Positions 44,972 to 58,829 of a stretch of 64,000 nt of DNA are shown piece after piece. Made by a program: the position numbers and the translations under genes. The DNA is from Eledone cirrhosa (taxonomy: Eukaryota). The notes under the pieces were generated by a model. That model was not told the origin of the DNA. It did not search any database and worked only from the letters and a program-made list of their open reading frames with translations. The DNA lies in the NCBI GenBank assembly GCA_964016885.1, contig OZ024746.1, forward strand, positions 93,558,001 through 93,622,000, written 5' to 3'. Positions within the stretch are counted from its first letter, which is position 1, and each line of letters begins with the position of its first letter.

Positions 44972-45025
<54 letters not shown>

Positions 45026-45066
45026 ATGATATTAATAAATGGAAACTATATTTATAAAACCGTATT

Positions 45067-45129
45067 TATTTTATTATATATATATTTCAAGGGTACCAAA
45101 ATGTTGGTACACTCTCATCAGATAAAATA
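45067..45129 (-). ncRNA. Minimal type I hammerhead ribozyme
   Basis: RC: tattttat-CTGATGA-gagtgtacca..tggtaccctt-GAAA-tatatata-TA-ataaaata. Confidence 0.8.
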
Positions 45130-45233
45130 CAAAATTTGTTTTATCGGTTCAGGTTTAGTTTGGATATCCTAACTGAACCTGAACCGATAAGGTCTGGTTT
45201 CTTGAGTATGTCACCATTTATAAAAACAATTTG

Positions 45234-45294
45234 TATTTTATCTGATGAGAGCGTACCAAAATGTTGGTACCCTTGAAGTATATATAATAGAATA
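45234..45294 (+). ncRNA. Hammerhead ribozyme copy with GAAA>GAAG change
   Basis: tattttat-CTGATGA-gagcgtacc..ggtaccctt-GAAG-tatata-TA-atagaata; inverted partner of 45067. Confidence 0.65.
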
Positions 45295-45511
45295 AATATG
45301 GTTTTATAAATATAGTTTCCACTTATTAATATCATTGATATTATACTCCAGAAAAACTGTAGAGTGCTTCGAATCTGTCATAAATAAATTTGTTGAATAA
45401 CCAACAAATTGAATATCTCTTTGCTTATATATATATCCGGGAGCTTCCAACCGACATGGTCGCATTCTTTAAGGGTATGTCAATATTTGTTTATAAAACT
45501 GATCTATATTA

Positions 45512-45576
45512 TATTTTATCTGATGAAAGCGCACCATAATTTGCTTTGGTGTCCTTGAAATATGTATAATGACATA
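45512..45576 (+). ncRNA. Minimal type I hammerhead ribozyme
   Basis: tattttat-CTGATGA-aagcgcacca...tggtgtcctt-GAAA-tatgta-TA-atgacata. Confidence 0.7.
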
Positions 45577-45755
45577 AATATGGTTTTATAAATATAGTTT
45601 CCATTTGTTAATATATTGTATTTTTACTCCAAAAATGTGTTGAGTGCTTTATATCAGTTATAAAAATATTTGCAAATTAAATATAACTTCTACATATATA
45701 TATATATATATGGAATCCTACTACTTAAAATAAAACTTCGCTGGAGATATATATA

Positions 45756-46102
45756 TACTCTCGGGTCTTGAATAATCGTGTCCCCACTTATTAATTTTTC
45801 AGATCCCCACCCACCCCCGCTTATTAGATTTTACTAATCTATCTCCAGCGAAGTTTTATTTTAAGTAGTAGCATTCCTGCGACAATTAATTTTCTTTATA
45901 CATTAAAAAACATTATACATGAAAAAAAGAACATTACTAGAAATCCCATATGTTGTAAAATAAATAGGATGAGCTGAGGTCTTAATATGTAAACTAAAGA
46001 ACTAAATCTGTTTGTTTTGTTTTGTTTTTAAATCAACGGAGACAACCTAGAAAAATAATCGATTTTTCCACCCCACCACCTTATTATTTGGGACTCGGGA
46101 AT
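45756..46102. mobile_element. MITE (TA-flanked, Tc1/mariner-like ends)
   Basis: tactctcgggtcttgaataat ... attatttgggactcgggaata; relatives at ~59425-59582, 60387-60750 and 63695-63900. Confidence 0.55.
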
Positions 46103-46200
46103 ATATATATATTTTGGGTCGTCAACTATGAAATTTGTAGAGGTTTGTAGAAAAAAAAGAAATTTCTACAAATTTCATACTTGATGACCCAATATGTGTG

Positions 46201-46346
<146 letters not shown>

Positions 46347-46414
46347 GGCCTATGATGTAGCATAAATCGTGTTTTGTTCTTTTGTTGTTTGTCATTTCTT
46401 CGTTTCTCGTAATC

Positions 46415-46486
<72 letters not shown>

Positions 46487-47134
46487 CTATCTATATATCT
46501 ATATATATCTCCCGCTATCTATATATCTCTCTCTTTCTCTCTTCTCCTTCTCTACCACCCTCTAATTTTCTTTCTTCCTTTCTCTCCCTCACCTCTAGTT
46601 TAATAGAAATATCACTTCTTTTTGTTTCCTCAGATTGGCTTTGATCCAATCGCGACCATCCTGTCTTTTCCCGCCACCTTATTAGAAAATACGATGTTTG
46701 TTTTCCAGTCACAAGTTCCAGTAAACAGTCTATTCACTCATTTGTTGGCAAGCGATAGTTTGTTAAAGTAGTTTATTTAAGTATCAACAGCAACATAGAA
46801 TTGATAAATGTGTCCGAACACGGAAGAACCGAACTCCTACTGTCATCGCCTCCATCTCTCTCACCCTCCCCATCTCTCTGTATTATGAGCAAATGGGGTC
46901 CCACGTGTTGGCCGCCCCACAGCCCCTGCGGACAGAATGGAGAAGGCGTTTTCCCGGTGGATGGTAAGGGAGATGAGCTGGAAGAGTCATTCCATCCCGC
47001 GAGGCTCACACCTGTAGCTAGTCAGCTCAGAACCTATGGTGGTAAGTAAGTAGGTAGCCCTAGGGCCAAGGACACCAGAAGTCTCCATTGCAAGGGGCAC
47101 GACCGCAAACTTATCGGAGAGCTACCGAAACATA

Positions 47135-48010
47135 CGAGGTCTGTCTGAAAAGTAACGGGACTGATGTCACAAATAATGTATTTCAATTCCAAACAACAAA
47201 CAACATGGTTTCCCCTTCAAAGTAATCTCCTTCGAGTCTAATGCACTTTTCCATCTTTCTCTGCCATCATTCTATGCACTGCTGGAAGGATTATTCTGGG
47301 ATGGCTCTGAAACCTTCGTTATGGTTTTCTTGATAGCTTCCACACCTTCAAAATGGATCCCCTTGGTCACACACTTGAGTTTGGGAAAAAAAACAAAGTC
47401 ACACGGAGCAAGATCAGGTGAATAAGGAGATTGTTCCAGTACAGCGATGTTCTTCTCGGCTAGGAAATGCCGGATATTTAGGGCGTTGTGACCTAGCGAT
47501 CTTTTGCATGCCCAAGTTTTGGTGATAATCAGCCAAACACTGTCGCGGTTAATGTCCAGATCACTTGTGATCAGTCAAACAGTTGGCCGACGATCGCCAG
47601 ACACCACCTGCCTCATGCACTCAACCTTGGTCTATTTCCCGCTCCTGCGGTCGTCTTCTACGTTCTCGTGTTCCTTTAAACCTTTTTTGCCACTCGAAAA
47701 TCCGTGAGCACGACATCGTCTCATCTCCGTACACTTGCTGAAATATTCCGAGTGCTTCTACGGAGTTTTCCCAGCCGGACCAGAAACTTCGGGCTGGTTT
47801 ATTGCTCTGTGCCCATCGCTCGACGACCTAAAGTTGAGTAGTTGTTAACAAAAGCACGCAAAAAAACAACATACAGTGGCTGTAGAGTGCTGAGATTGCA
47901 GTTATATACTCCCCGGATATTACGTCACACGGCGAGGCAATCCGCTACCCCCTACTACACTCACAACTCACACAGTCCACTATGTCCTGTTACTTTTCAG
48001 ACACACCTCA
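47135..48010 (-). mobile_element. Internally deleted mariner transposon
   Basis: TIRs cgaggtctgtctgaaaagtaac / gttacttttcagacacacctca with TA flanks; minus-strand SPDLAPCDF and GDYFEG motifs. Confidence 0.85.
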
Positions 48011-48217
48011 TATATACCAAACTTTTATGTAACTATATGTATTTTGAAAAAGACTAAAAGCTGAGATTTGTTTGGGGTGGAGTTGGGCAAAAGAAAGATC
48101 TTTGAGCTTGCCTGACTCTGAAGAATCTATTTTTAAGTATGATGGCTGTTTTTATCTACATGTTTAAAAAGACGGCAGAATTATCAACTGTAACAATACG
48201 GTGTGAGCGTTCGTACA

Positions 48218-48303
<86 letters not shown>

Positions 48304-48715
48304 AACAAAAAAAAGTCTAAAGTCTGTCTTAAGCCAGAAGGCTCATTTGGCCGGTGCTTATCCCGGTTTCATGGCGTGAAGCGACTGAGAGTACAAGACT
48401 CCCCCCTGGACAGGACGCCAGTCCATCGCAGGGTTAAACCTCCAGCTATTGCTGGTACTCATTTTCAGCTGAGTATACTGGAGCAACGTGAAATGAAGTG
48501 TTTTGCTCAAGAACACAACACTCAGCCCAGGAATCGAACCCACGGCATGTATATACATATGTTTGTGTATATATATATGTGTGTGTATATGTATATGTAA
48601 GGGTGTATATGAATATATATATATATATATTTGTGTCTTGGTACCCTTGAAATATATATAATAAAATAAATATGCTTTTATAAATATAGTTTTCCATTTA
48701 TTTAATATCATTGAA

Positions 48716-48836
<121 letters not shown>

Positions 48837-48993
48837 CGAAGGAAATGTGGTAAGGAACTAGGTGGACCATAACGCACCAAAGTACTCAATACTTAGGGTA
48901 GTAGAGTGGGTAATAAGAACGAGTAGGACCTCGATGGCTGAGCTCAAGCCGTTTCGACGGCTTGAGCTCAGCCGTCGGGGTCCTACTCGTTCC

Positions 48994-49044
<51 letters not shown>

Positions 49045-49230
49045 AAAGTGAGAGAGAGGGGGGAGAGAGAATGGAAAACGAAAAATCAGTGATGTATCGG
49101 AACTCAATTTATTGTGTTACAATTGTTCCCCCGGTGAACAGCTCGAGGTGCGATCTGTGTGTGGATCTACCCGACTCTGGATTCACAGGTCCCTCGGACA
49201 TGTCTATTCATTTCGGAGCATATCCTCGGA

Positions 49231-49308
<78 letters not shown>

Positions 49309-49468
49309 CATTCAGATATTTAAAGCTCAAATGTAATTTTATTCCCACCAAGACTGGCGAATGACAGCTCAGAGTTAAATCTAGTCATCGTAGTATTACA
49401 AAATGGCAGAACAGTTATAAATGAGAAAATAATAATTTATTGAACCTTGGTGATTATTATTTTTTCAA

Positions 49469-49948
<480 letters not shown>

Positions 49949-49954
49949 ATATAT

Positions 49955-50010
<56 letters not shown>

Positions 50011-50054
50011 GTGGTTACACATATAAGAGGTTATACGTATAACCATGTCCATTA

Positions 50055-50092
50055 CGAGCTGAGGATCCGCTAAGGTGAAACAATTGTTCTCG
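50055..50092 (+). ncRNA. Minimal hammerhead ribozyme
   Basis: cgag-CTGAGGA-tcc(gctaa)ggt-GAAA-caattg-TT-ctcg; palindromic CAATTG. Confidence 0.75.
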
Positions 50093-50464
50093 GTATGGTG
50101 AACTAACTGTTGTGTAACCACTTCTACCTAACTCGTCCCATGGACTGCGTGCTCTACCACTACGGATATTACCTTCCAGTGTTCTACCACTAAGTATGTA
50201 TGCGTACATACATATATGTATACAGACGTACAGTAGTATGTATATATATATACATACATGCACACATATATGTACGTACATATATATATGTGTGCATGTA
50301 TGTATATATATATATACATACTACTGTACGTCTGTATACATATATGTATGTACGCATACATACTTATATTTAAGCAACAGCCGTACTAAGAGTGAGAAAT
50401 GAAATTTCGTTTCATTTTTTCCGTTTATATATAACAATGATAGTGAGTAAAAGGTTGCAGCTAC

Positions 50465-50548
50465 GGCAAGCATCTTTCGAGAGAACAATCCTCAAGGTTT
50501 GATCTGTATCGATCTAGCCCAACTCTGGAATCAAAAGCTCGTCAGACC
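50465..50548 (-). ncRNA. Hammerhead ribozyme with long stem II
   Basis: RC: ggt-CTGACGA-g...c-GAAA-gatgc-TT-gcc; stem II interior (ccagagttgggctagatc..gatc..cttgag) resembles the 29525 family. Confidence 0.6.
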
Positions 50549-50555
50549 TATGTTG

Positions 50556-50601
<46 letters not shown>

Positions 50602-51773
50602 CAAAGGAATTGTGGTAAGGAACCAGATGGGCCATAACGCACCAGAGTCTAAAAATAGCCGTCGAAACGGCTTGAGCTCTGCCGTTGGGGTCATACCTTT
50701 TCATATATATATATATAATGCATTTCCTACCACAGACATGCTGTTGCAGTATAAAGTTTCGCTTTCCATTGATTTTTCCCTGTAAATAGTTATTTTTCCA
50801 AAGCTACCCATACTTTCAATCCTGTTTGTCATTTGTGTAATTATATCCCTGAAAACATTAAAATATCATTTTTTAAATCTTGACCCATTTCCACGTGTCA
50901 TTGATATATTAACTGTAGGGTTTCTTTTATGCAAACCATTAATTTATCAAAACGCCTGGAGACTTTCGACGGAATGCAAAAGTTGTGTCATATCTGCTAA
51001 ATGCTGTATAAACTGAATTTTGTCAACTCTCTGAATTTCATCAGTGCGTTGACCTGTGATCAAAGATATTCCAGCCGTGACTATCTCGTCTGTTTTATTT
51101 TTCAGACATCCTGTCTATTAAGACTACATTATCCAATGTTACATCATTCCTCATTTATGACGGTGGGGTGTGATAGGGGAATGATTTGGTTGTTGTTACT
51201 AGCAGGTCGAGTGGCATCATAGATGCTTACTCGTTTGCTCGTCTCCAAGCTGCTTGTGAAAGTGGAATGTTTAGTCTAATTATTATGTTACTACATTATT
51301 GATCCCGAGTTCAAATCTGCTGTCCCATCTTGTAATTTGTTATCTTTAGACGGGTCGTTTTAAACCACATACTTCATCTATAATTACAAGGTGGTATGTA
51401 TAATTCTCGTGCGCCAGAAGCTACAGAAACCGGTTTTTTTAAGGATTACTATTTGACTATTAACTAAGATTGCTGGTCTTTTAGGGGTTATCTGAACTGT
51501 TAATCTCACCTTTTGTATTATATGTACACTCTTAAGGTGTTGGATTGGCAGTATCAGTAGAACGTTACTCAACATGATTTGTGGCATGTAGTTACGGCTC
51601 TTTACTTTCTGAGTTCAAATTCAGCCGAAGTTAGATTTAACTTTCATTCTTACGGGGTTGATAAAATAAAGTACCAGTAATGCAATGAGGTCGATTTAAT
51701 CGACTTTCTCCTCTCCACCAAAATTGTTGGCCATGTGCCTAAATCAGAAATCATTATTATTATTATTATCTAA

Positions 51774-51962
51774 GGGCGGTGGATTGGCACTATCGGTAGA
51801 TGGTCGGACGCCATGCTTTGACGCATAGAGTTACGGCCCTTGCCATTCTGAGTTCAAATCTCGCCGAGGTTAACTTTGCCTTTCATCCTTATGGGGTCGA
51901 TAAAATAAAGTACCAGTAATGCACTGGGTAATTGCTGGCCTTGTGCCAATAGTAGAAATAAT
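51774..51962 (+). mobile_element. tRNA-derived SINE (gcctttcatccttacggggtcgataaa central domain), representative copy
   Basis: A/B-box-like head (gagttcaaatc); more than 15 copies, e.g. 14299-14488, 23574-23753, 31785-31968, 34768-34956, 56623-57431 (four in tandem) and 60502-60685. Confidence 0.85.
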
Positions 51963-52285
51963 TATTGTTATTATCTTTAATTGAACGTGCTCGTCCTGAT
52001 AGTGTCTCTAGTCTCCAGACTCCAGTCTCAATCACTTACTGTAGCCAGTGGCTCCACCTATATATATATACAAAATTTGCCTTGGTTGCCCTTGAAATAT
52101 ATATAATAAAATAATTATGGTCTTATAAATATAGTTTCCATTTATTAATATATTGAATATTTACTCCAGTAAACTGTTGAGTGCTTCATATCAGTTATAA
52201 AACTTTTAAGCTTGTTGAATCCCAACAAATTAAATATAACTTTTGCATATATATATATATATATATACAGTATTTTCCGTTTTTC

Positions 52286-52362
<77 letters not shown>

Positions 52363-52861
52363 AGTACAGATTAAAAGTTTAAGAAATACATTTCTGCGTT
52401 CAGCCTCACAGAAGATTTCGCTTGGGGTGAAAGCTGAAACTTGTTGCTTAAACTTTTAATCTGTACTAATAATAAATATTAGCCCTACAGACTTATATAT
52501 ACTTATATATGCAACCCTTTTCGAATTACAGGTTTTAAATAGCAGAGTGACCTTCTCCTAGAGAGATATAAAAAACATACATACTTACACAGACGCAAAT
52601 CTTTTGATGAAAGCAAAAGTTGTTTGAAGTTTGGTGTATCGAAACAAAATGTCGACGGATCGATTTTCAAATGACTGGAAATTATATAAAGATAATTCGT
52701 TTTTGAATTTATTTTGCGAGATTTCTTATCTGAAAACGTATATTGTTATATTTTGGGAGGGTCATGTTGGCAATAAAAACACACGCACCTGTTGGCCTTC
52801 GGTTCAATTTATTATAAATTTCCGGTTGGTTGGTTCGATAACGGAAGGTTGTTTATATAAT

Positions 52862-52904
52862 GTCAAATCTCTTTCGTCACACAGTCTGCAACCTCCTCAG
52901 TGAC
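52862..52904 (-). ncRNA. Hammerhead ribozyme in the 3' region of a Penelope-like element
   Basis: RC: gtca-CTGAGGA-g-gttgca(gactg)tgtgac-GAAA-gaga-TT-tgac. Confidence 0.75.
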
Positions 52905-53146
52905 TAGATTTTTATTTTGTTCGTTTCTCCTTTGTTCTGTTCTACACCATTTTGTTTTTGTGTGTTGTGTGTTGTGTGCTTAGTTTGCGCATGCGTTACA
53001 TCCGGATGTGTGCGTGTGTTTTTCTATATTTATTTGTTTTTTTTTAATTGTCACTAATTGGTTGTTTGTTCTATCTGTGTGTGTATGATTTGTTTTGTAA
53101 GTTTGTTAGTTTGGTTTTTGTGTGTCTGTATGTCTTTAGCTTGTCC

Positions 53147-53369
53147 TTAATTACTAGTTGTGATGTTGCTATTCCACTCATGTTTTCTGTTTAATTTTGG
53201 TTGGAGTTCGTTTACATTTGTTGACTCTGTGATTTGCTTGAACATTGCATCTTTTCTGTGTGTGGATATAATTTTTATCTCTCTCTCTCTCTAATGTGCC
53301 CATATGTTCTACTTTGGCATATTGGTGGAGTACTGATGAGTTTTTCCCATCCTGGAGTTCTCGCCAGTG

Positions 53370-53372
<3 letters not shown>
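53147..53372 (-). pseudogene. C-terminus of a Penelope-like element GIY-YIG endonuclease (frameshifted)
   Basis: Manual translation with one shift in a (GA)n run: [28 protein letters not shown]../[43 protein letters not shown]; resembles the EH..S.L..H..RQI.E...LN.K.EW tail of PLE endonucleases. Confidence 0.65.
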
Positions 53373-53438
<66 letters not shown>

Positions 53439-53488
53439 TTATCCGATATTTACATTGCTTTATTGTGCTACAATAAAACGCACCTCCT

Positions 53489-53564
<76 letters not shown>

Positions 53565-53686
53565 AGGAGGTGCGTTTTATTGTAGCACAATAAAGCAATG
53601 TAAATATCGGATAAGTAGCACTCTACAGTTTGTAGGACTGGAGTATAAATAATATAAGATCAAAAGATGGTTAAAAGAGTTCCAAG

Positions 53687-53757
53687 TATTTTATTATGCG
53701 CATTTCAAAAACAAATATCATCATGGGATGATATCTGCGTTCTCATCAGATAAAATA
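53687..53757 (-). ncRNA. Type I hammerhead ribozyme
   Basis: RC: tattttat-CTGATGA-gaacgcagatatcatc(ccat)gatgatatttgttttt-GAAA-tgcgca-TA-ataaaata; palindromic TGCGCA. Confidence 0.85.
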
Positions 53758-54736
53758 GGGAGACATGATATGAAGGTTAAAAAACACTTGTGAATAGTGA
53801 AGTGTTAAATCAACATATGTATATATAAAGATATAATTGAAAATAATTGTTTCTACTTTAGGCACAAGGCCAGCAATTACCCAGTGCATTACTGGTACTT
53901 TATTTTATCGACCCCGTAAGGATGAAAGGCAAAGTCAACCTCGGCGGGATTTGAACTCAGATCAACTATGCTGAATGACCTGTAGTTAGAGAACTCTCTG
54001 GAATGACCAGAGTGAGTGAGTAAGATAGACAGCGTGGAGAACTCAATGGATAACTATTGGTCATTTCAGAGAGTTATCTAACTACTGGGAGAAGGAGAGA
54101 GAGACAGACAGACAGAGGCAGGAAGAGAGAGAGAGAGTGAGAAAGTGACAGAGTGAGAGAGAGAGGGGGGGAAATAAAGGAGGAGAAGAGGGGATGAGAG
54201 CAAGCGAAAGATGGTATATTATCTACGACATATGGGACATACCTTGCTTACTTGGGGTTAACTTTGCCTTTCATCCTTACGGGATCGATACAATAAAGTA
54301 CCAGTAATGCACTGGAGTAATTGCTGGCCTTGTGCCAAAAGTAGGAATAATTATTACATCATTGTTATATCCGGCTGTCCCTTTATATAGTTGATGTAAG
54401 GTGGCACTTTTAAGATGTATGTTTTTCATTTATATTTGGTGGCGGTGATAAAAAAACCTTTCTATCTATACATGCCTATATATGTTACACCAGATTGTGC
54501 AACCCCGTCTTAGTAGTGAAGTTATTCTTACCCTCGCCCAGACCATAGATTATCTCCCCATTCCCACCTTAACTTCAATTATTTACTCTGTTTCCTTCTA
54601 TCAACTTATGCAAGTGAGGGAGGGGAGCAGGAGAAATGTTCCTGTCTCCCTGTCTTTCTTCTCATTCAGAAGAAATTCTATATCTTGCCTGCCAGCTTCC
54701 TTTCGGGGCATGATGAAATATCGGTTGATATATAAC

Positions 54737-54814
<78 letters not shown>

Positions 54815-54878
54815 ATGTGTGTGTATACATACATATATACGTGTCTGTGTGTATACTTCTATGTGAGTTAAAAATGTA

Positions 54879-54909
<31 letters not shown>

Positions 54910-54920
54910 TTATCTATCTA

Positions 54921-54983
<63 letters not shown>

Positions 54984-55471
54984 ATCTACCTATCTATATA
55001 TCTATATATCGGTCTATCTGTGGTAGGTAATGAGTTTCAATTCCAGGGGGTGGGGGGTGAGGGTAACATCCAGATGCTTAACGCCATTGAAACCAGGATA
55101 CGCTCTAGGCTGATGAACCTGAAGGTTCGAAAGATGTTTTATTTCCACTATCTGCTATCATGAAATAATGTATTCCGTCTTTAAGAAATTTCCTTAATAA
55201 TTAGTCGTCGTTAAAAGCAGGGGTTACCCAACATTTTTATACTCCCGGAGAACAAATAAAAGTATTTTCGTGCACTCTGTACATACTACCAGATCTTGAA
55301 TAATCAATTTCCCCCCCCCCCCCCCAACCCCGCTTAGTAATTTTTCAGATTTTTTTTCTATCCCATCCCCCTGACATGGTAGTTGGTTAAGATTCAGTCA
55401 TGGTAGTATATATATACTACCATGACTGAATCTTAACCATCTACCATGTCAGGGTATGTCATGCATCATCT

Positions 55472-55538
55472 TATTTTATCTGATGAGGACGTACTGTTGA
55501 ACTTAACTCAGTACCTCTGAAATATGTATAATAAAATA
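55472..55538 (+). ncRNA. Type I hammerhead ribozyme
   Basis: tattttat-CTGATGA-ggacgtactg...cagtacctct-GAAA-tatgta-TA-ataaaata. Confidence 0.8.
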
Positions 55539-55653
55539 TACTTGATCACAAGAATATCTATTTTGTTAATATTTTGAATATATATATATATAACAAATAT
55601 ATATGTGTGTGTATGTATATATATATATGTATGTATATATATATATATGTGTT

Positions 55654-55734
<81 letters not shown>

Positions 55735-55803
55735 AAACGTTCCAGTGTATTGTATCTTGGTAGAGACGACTCAGTTTTCTACGGTGAACTAAGTCAAGGC
55801 AAT

Positions 55804-55898
55804 CGAAAACAAGCCTACCCCACCACCGAAAACAAGCCTACCCCACCACCGAAAACAAGCCTACCCCACCACCGAAAACAAGCCTACCCCACCACCGA
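55804..55898. repeat. 23-bp tandem repeat x4
   Basis: cgaaaacaagcctaccccaccac repeated. Confidence 0.9.
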
Positions 55899-56559
55899 AG
55901 TCGTTTCAGGGACCAACTCAAGTGCCAGCTGATCCAAGGCAATATTGATCACAGGTAATGGGAACACCTGGCAGAAGACAGAGAGAAATAGAGAGTGACA
56001 GCTGCAGCTTCTGAAGAAGAAATCTGCCCGGGACCCAACCACGAACTGACCAAGTACACACTTGCCCCAACTGTACTAGAGTCTGCAGGTCCAGGATTGG
56101 CCTCTACAGCCACCTCAGGGTGTGTCACCACACGGAGCAGGACAATAATTCTTCTCACTGATCTTCGCAAACGAAGAATCCGCCATTCATTCATTCATTC
56201 AGTCGGGACTCAATAAGATACTAGGGTGTTCGAAACCAGATAAAGTCAATCCTTTTTATTGTAATAATGAATCGATAGTATCTAAAACAATACTTACTTC
56301 TACCAGCTGTAGAATATAGACATAACTACGTAAGGATGTTAAACTGTAGGTACACATACTGCTACTTCAATCATACTTCGTCGTTCATCCTTTTTCAAAC
56401 TACATATGGTTCTTAAATGAATAAATACCGCCTCGATTTCGACGTTAAATTGAAGGTTTTCCAGCATAAATTTAAGCCTTTTTCATACTACATATGGTGC
56501 TTAAATGAATAAATACATCATCGTTTTCAACGTTGAATGGAAGATTTTCCAGCGAAGAG

Positions 56560-56619
<60 letters not shown>

Positions 56620-56811
56620 CAATTAATTGTTTCTACTTTAGGCACAAGGTCACCAATTAACCAGTGCATTACTGGTACTTTATTTTATCGACCCCGTAAG
56701 GATGAAAGGCAAAGTCCACCTCGGCGGGATTTGAACTCAGATCGTAAAGGGACGTAACTATGCTGGAAAGCATGGCGTCCGACCCTCTACTGATACTGCC
56801 AATCCACCACC

Positions 56812-56874
<63 letters not shown>

Positions 56875-57096
56875 ATTAATGGTTTCTTATATAGGTATAG
56901 GCACAAGACCAGCAGTTTTGGGGAAGGGGAAAGTCGGTTAAATCGACTCCAGTACGTTACTGGTGCTTTATTTTATCGACCCCGTAAGGATGAAAGGTAA
57001 AGTTAACCTCGGCTGGATTTGAACTCATACCGTAAAGGAACGTAACTCTATGCTGCAAAGCTTAGTCGCCGACTCTCTACCGATCCACCGTCCTTG

Positions 57097-57133
<37 letters not shown>

Positions 57134-58178
57134 GCTACTACTACTAATTAATTGTTTCTACTTTTGGCACAAGGCCAGCAATTATCTCGGTGTATTACTG
57201 GTACTTTATTTTATCGACCCCGTAAAGATGAAAGGCAAAGTTAACCTCGGCGGGATTTGAACTCAGAACATAAAGGGCCGTAACTCTTTGCTGCAAAGCA
57301 TGGTGTCCGACCTTCTACTAATTAATTAATTAATTGTTTCTACTTTTGGCACAAGGCCAGCAATTATCTCAGTGCATTACTGGTACTTTATTTTATCGAC
57401 TCCGTAAGGATGAAAGGCAAAGTCAACCTCGAATACATACAATTTTGCATCATCGATGACAAAGCCTAGTTTAAAAATCTTTTTTCCGTGGTGTCGCTAA
57501 ACACGAGATCTGAATTCTTTACATGTCACCACTTCGATAAATAGTGGAAATTTACACCGTCCCCTGTTTAAACATAATAACTACATCGAGCTATTTGATA
57601 CTATCTCATTTGTTTCTCATTGCTTTCTTTCTCCATTTACAGAGCGTGTCAAGGATCCCCAGACTGTCTATCGTGCCTGACTATGTAACCTTCTAGCTGA
57701 CCTTTGATGGTCAGAGTCTTAAGATAACTTCTCGGTTCCCCTTTGAACTAAAACACTCTATGCTTATTAGTATCTTATTACTTATACAGACTATGCTATT
57801 CATATTAGCGCCATTTACTTATTTATTTATCGACTTTATGCATGCGTTTGGACGTAAAACATGAGTAAAATTACATTGTACACATAATAGAGGTTGTTTC
57901 TTTTAAACTGATAATTCTTCTTGTTTTTATTACATCACTTCAGAATGTATTGAAGCTGGGAAAGTCGGAGTAGCGACGGAGCGAGCCATCAGCGTCTTTA
58001 TCTATGTATGTATGTATGTATGTATGTATGTATGTATGTATGTATGTATGTATGTATGTGTGTATGGATGGATGTAGGTGAGTATGTATGTAAGTATATA
58101 TTTATGTATGTATGTATGTGTGTATGCATGTATGTGTGTGCATTATAATATCATACAGGGCCCCCTCCCCCACCAAAA

Positions 58179-58227
<49 letters not shown>

Positions 58228-58829
58228 TATACACACACACCCCCACTCTTAAAACGGCAATAAAGACATTAAAAGCTACAGCAATGTGGAAGACATCCAT
58301 ATACATAATATGAAAGTACGCATTGTTTATTAAATTAAAACAAGATTATGGGAAGTCAAAACGAATGTACATTTGTTTGGGACATCCTCTTTAATAGAGT
58401 ATAGAATAGGCACATGGCTTAGTGGTTAGAGTATTGGGCTTGCAATCGGAAGATTGTGAGTTGGATTCCCGGGTGAGCAAGACATTTTATTTCACGTTGT
58501 TCCAGTTTACTCAGCTGTAGAAATAAGTTGCGACGTCACTGGTGCCAAGTTGTATCGGCCATTGCCTTTCTCTTGGATAACATCGGTGGTATGGAGAGGG
58601 GAGACTGGTATGTATGGGCAACTGCTGGTCTTCCACAATCAAACCTAGGTTGTCTCCGTTGATATTTTTAAAAACCAGAATTAGTCATTTAGTTTACATA
58701 TTGAGACCCCCCAACCCATCCTGTTTATTTTATAACATGGGATTTCTAGAGGTATTCTATATACAAGCACGTAAAATGGAATTTTCACATGATCCACTGG
58801 ACAGGTGCAATGTGTCTGAACACTGAAGA

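Larger units (their letters stand above)
45020..45695. mobile_element. Inverted plus tandem hammerhead-bearing termini (pLTR-like)
   Basis: Arms 45022-45140 and 45225-45340, then a related unit 45436-45695; relatives at 30450-30672, 48630-48716, 52070-52246 and 62655-62877. Confidence 0.75.
52687..53372 (-). mobile_element. 5'-truncated Penelope-like retroelement (EN tail + hammerhead + 3' terminus)
   Basis: GIY-YIG-like tail, A/C-rich spacer, hammerhead, then a tail homologous to 42121-42337; 5' end abuts (TA)n. Confidence 0.65.

Noticed and set aside
52400-52450. cagaaga...gaaa possible hammerhead
   Set aside because: Core mutated and stems I/III not evident; left uncalled
55110-55145. 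ctgatgaacctgaaggttcgaaa hammerhead-like motif
   Set aside because: The hairpin consumes core nucleotides and there is no convincing stem I or III; more like a LINE/SINE 3' stem-loop
55949-56216. Short non-repetitive ORFs as host exons
   Set aside because: No recognisable domain or supported splice structure
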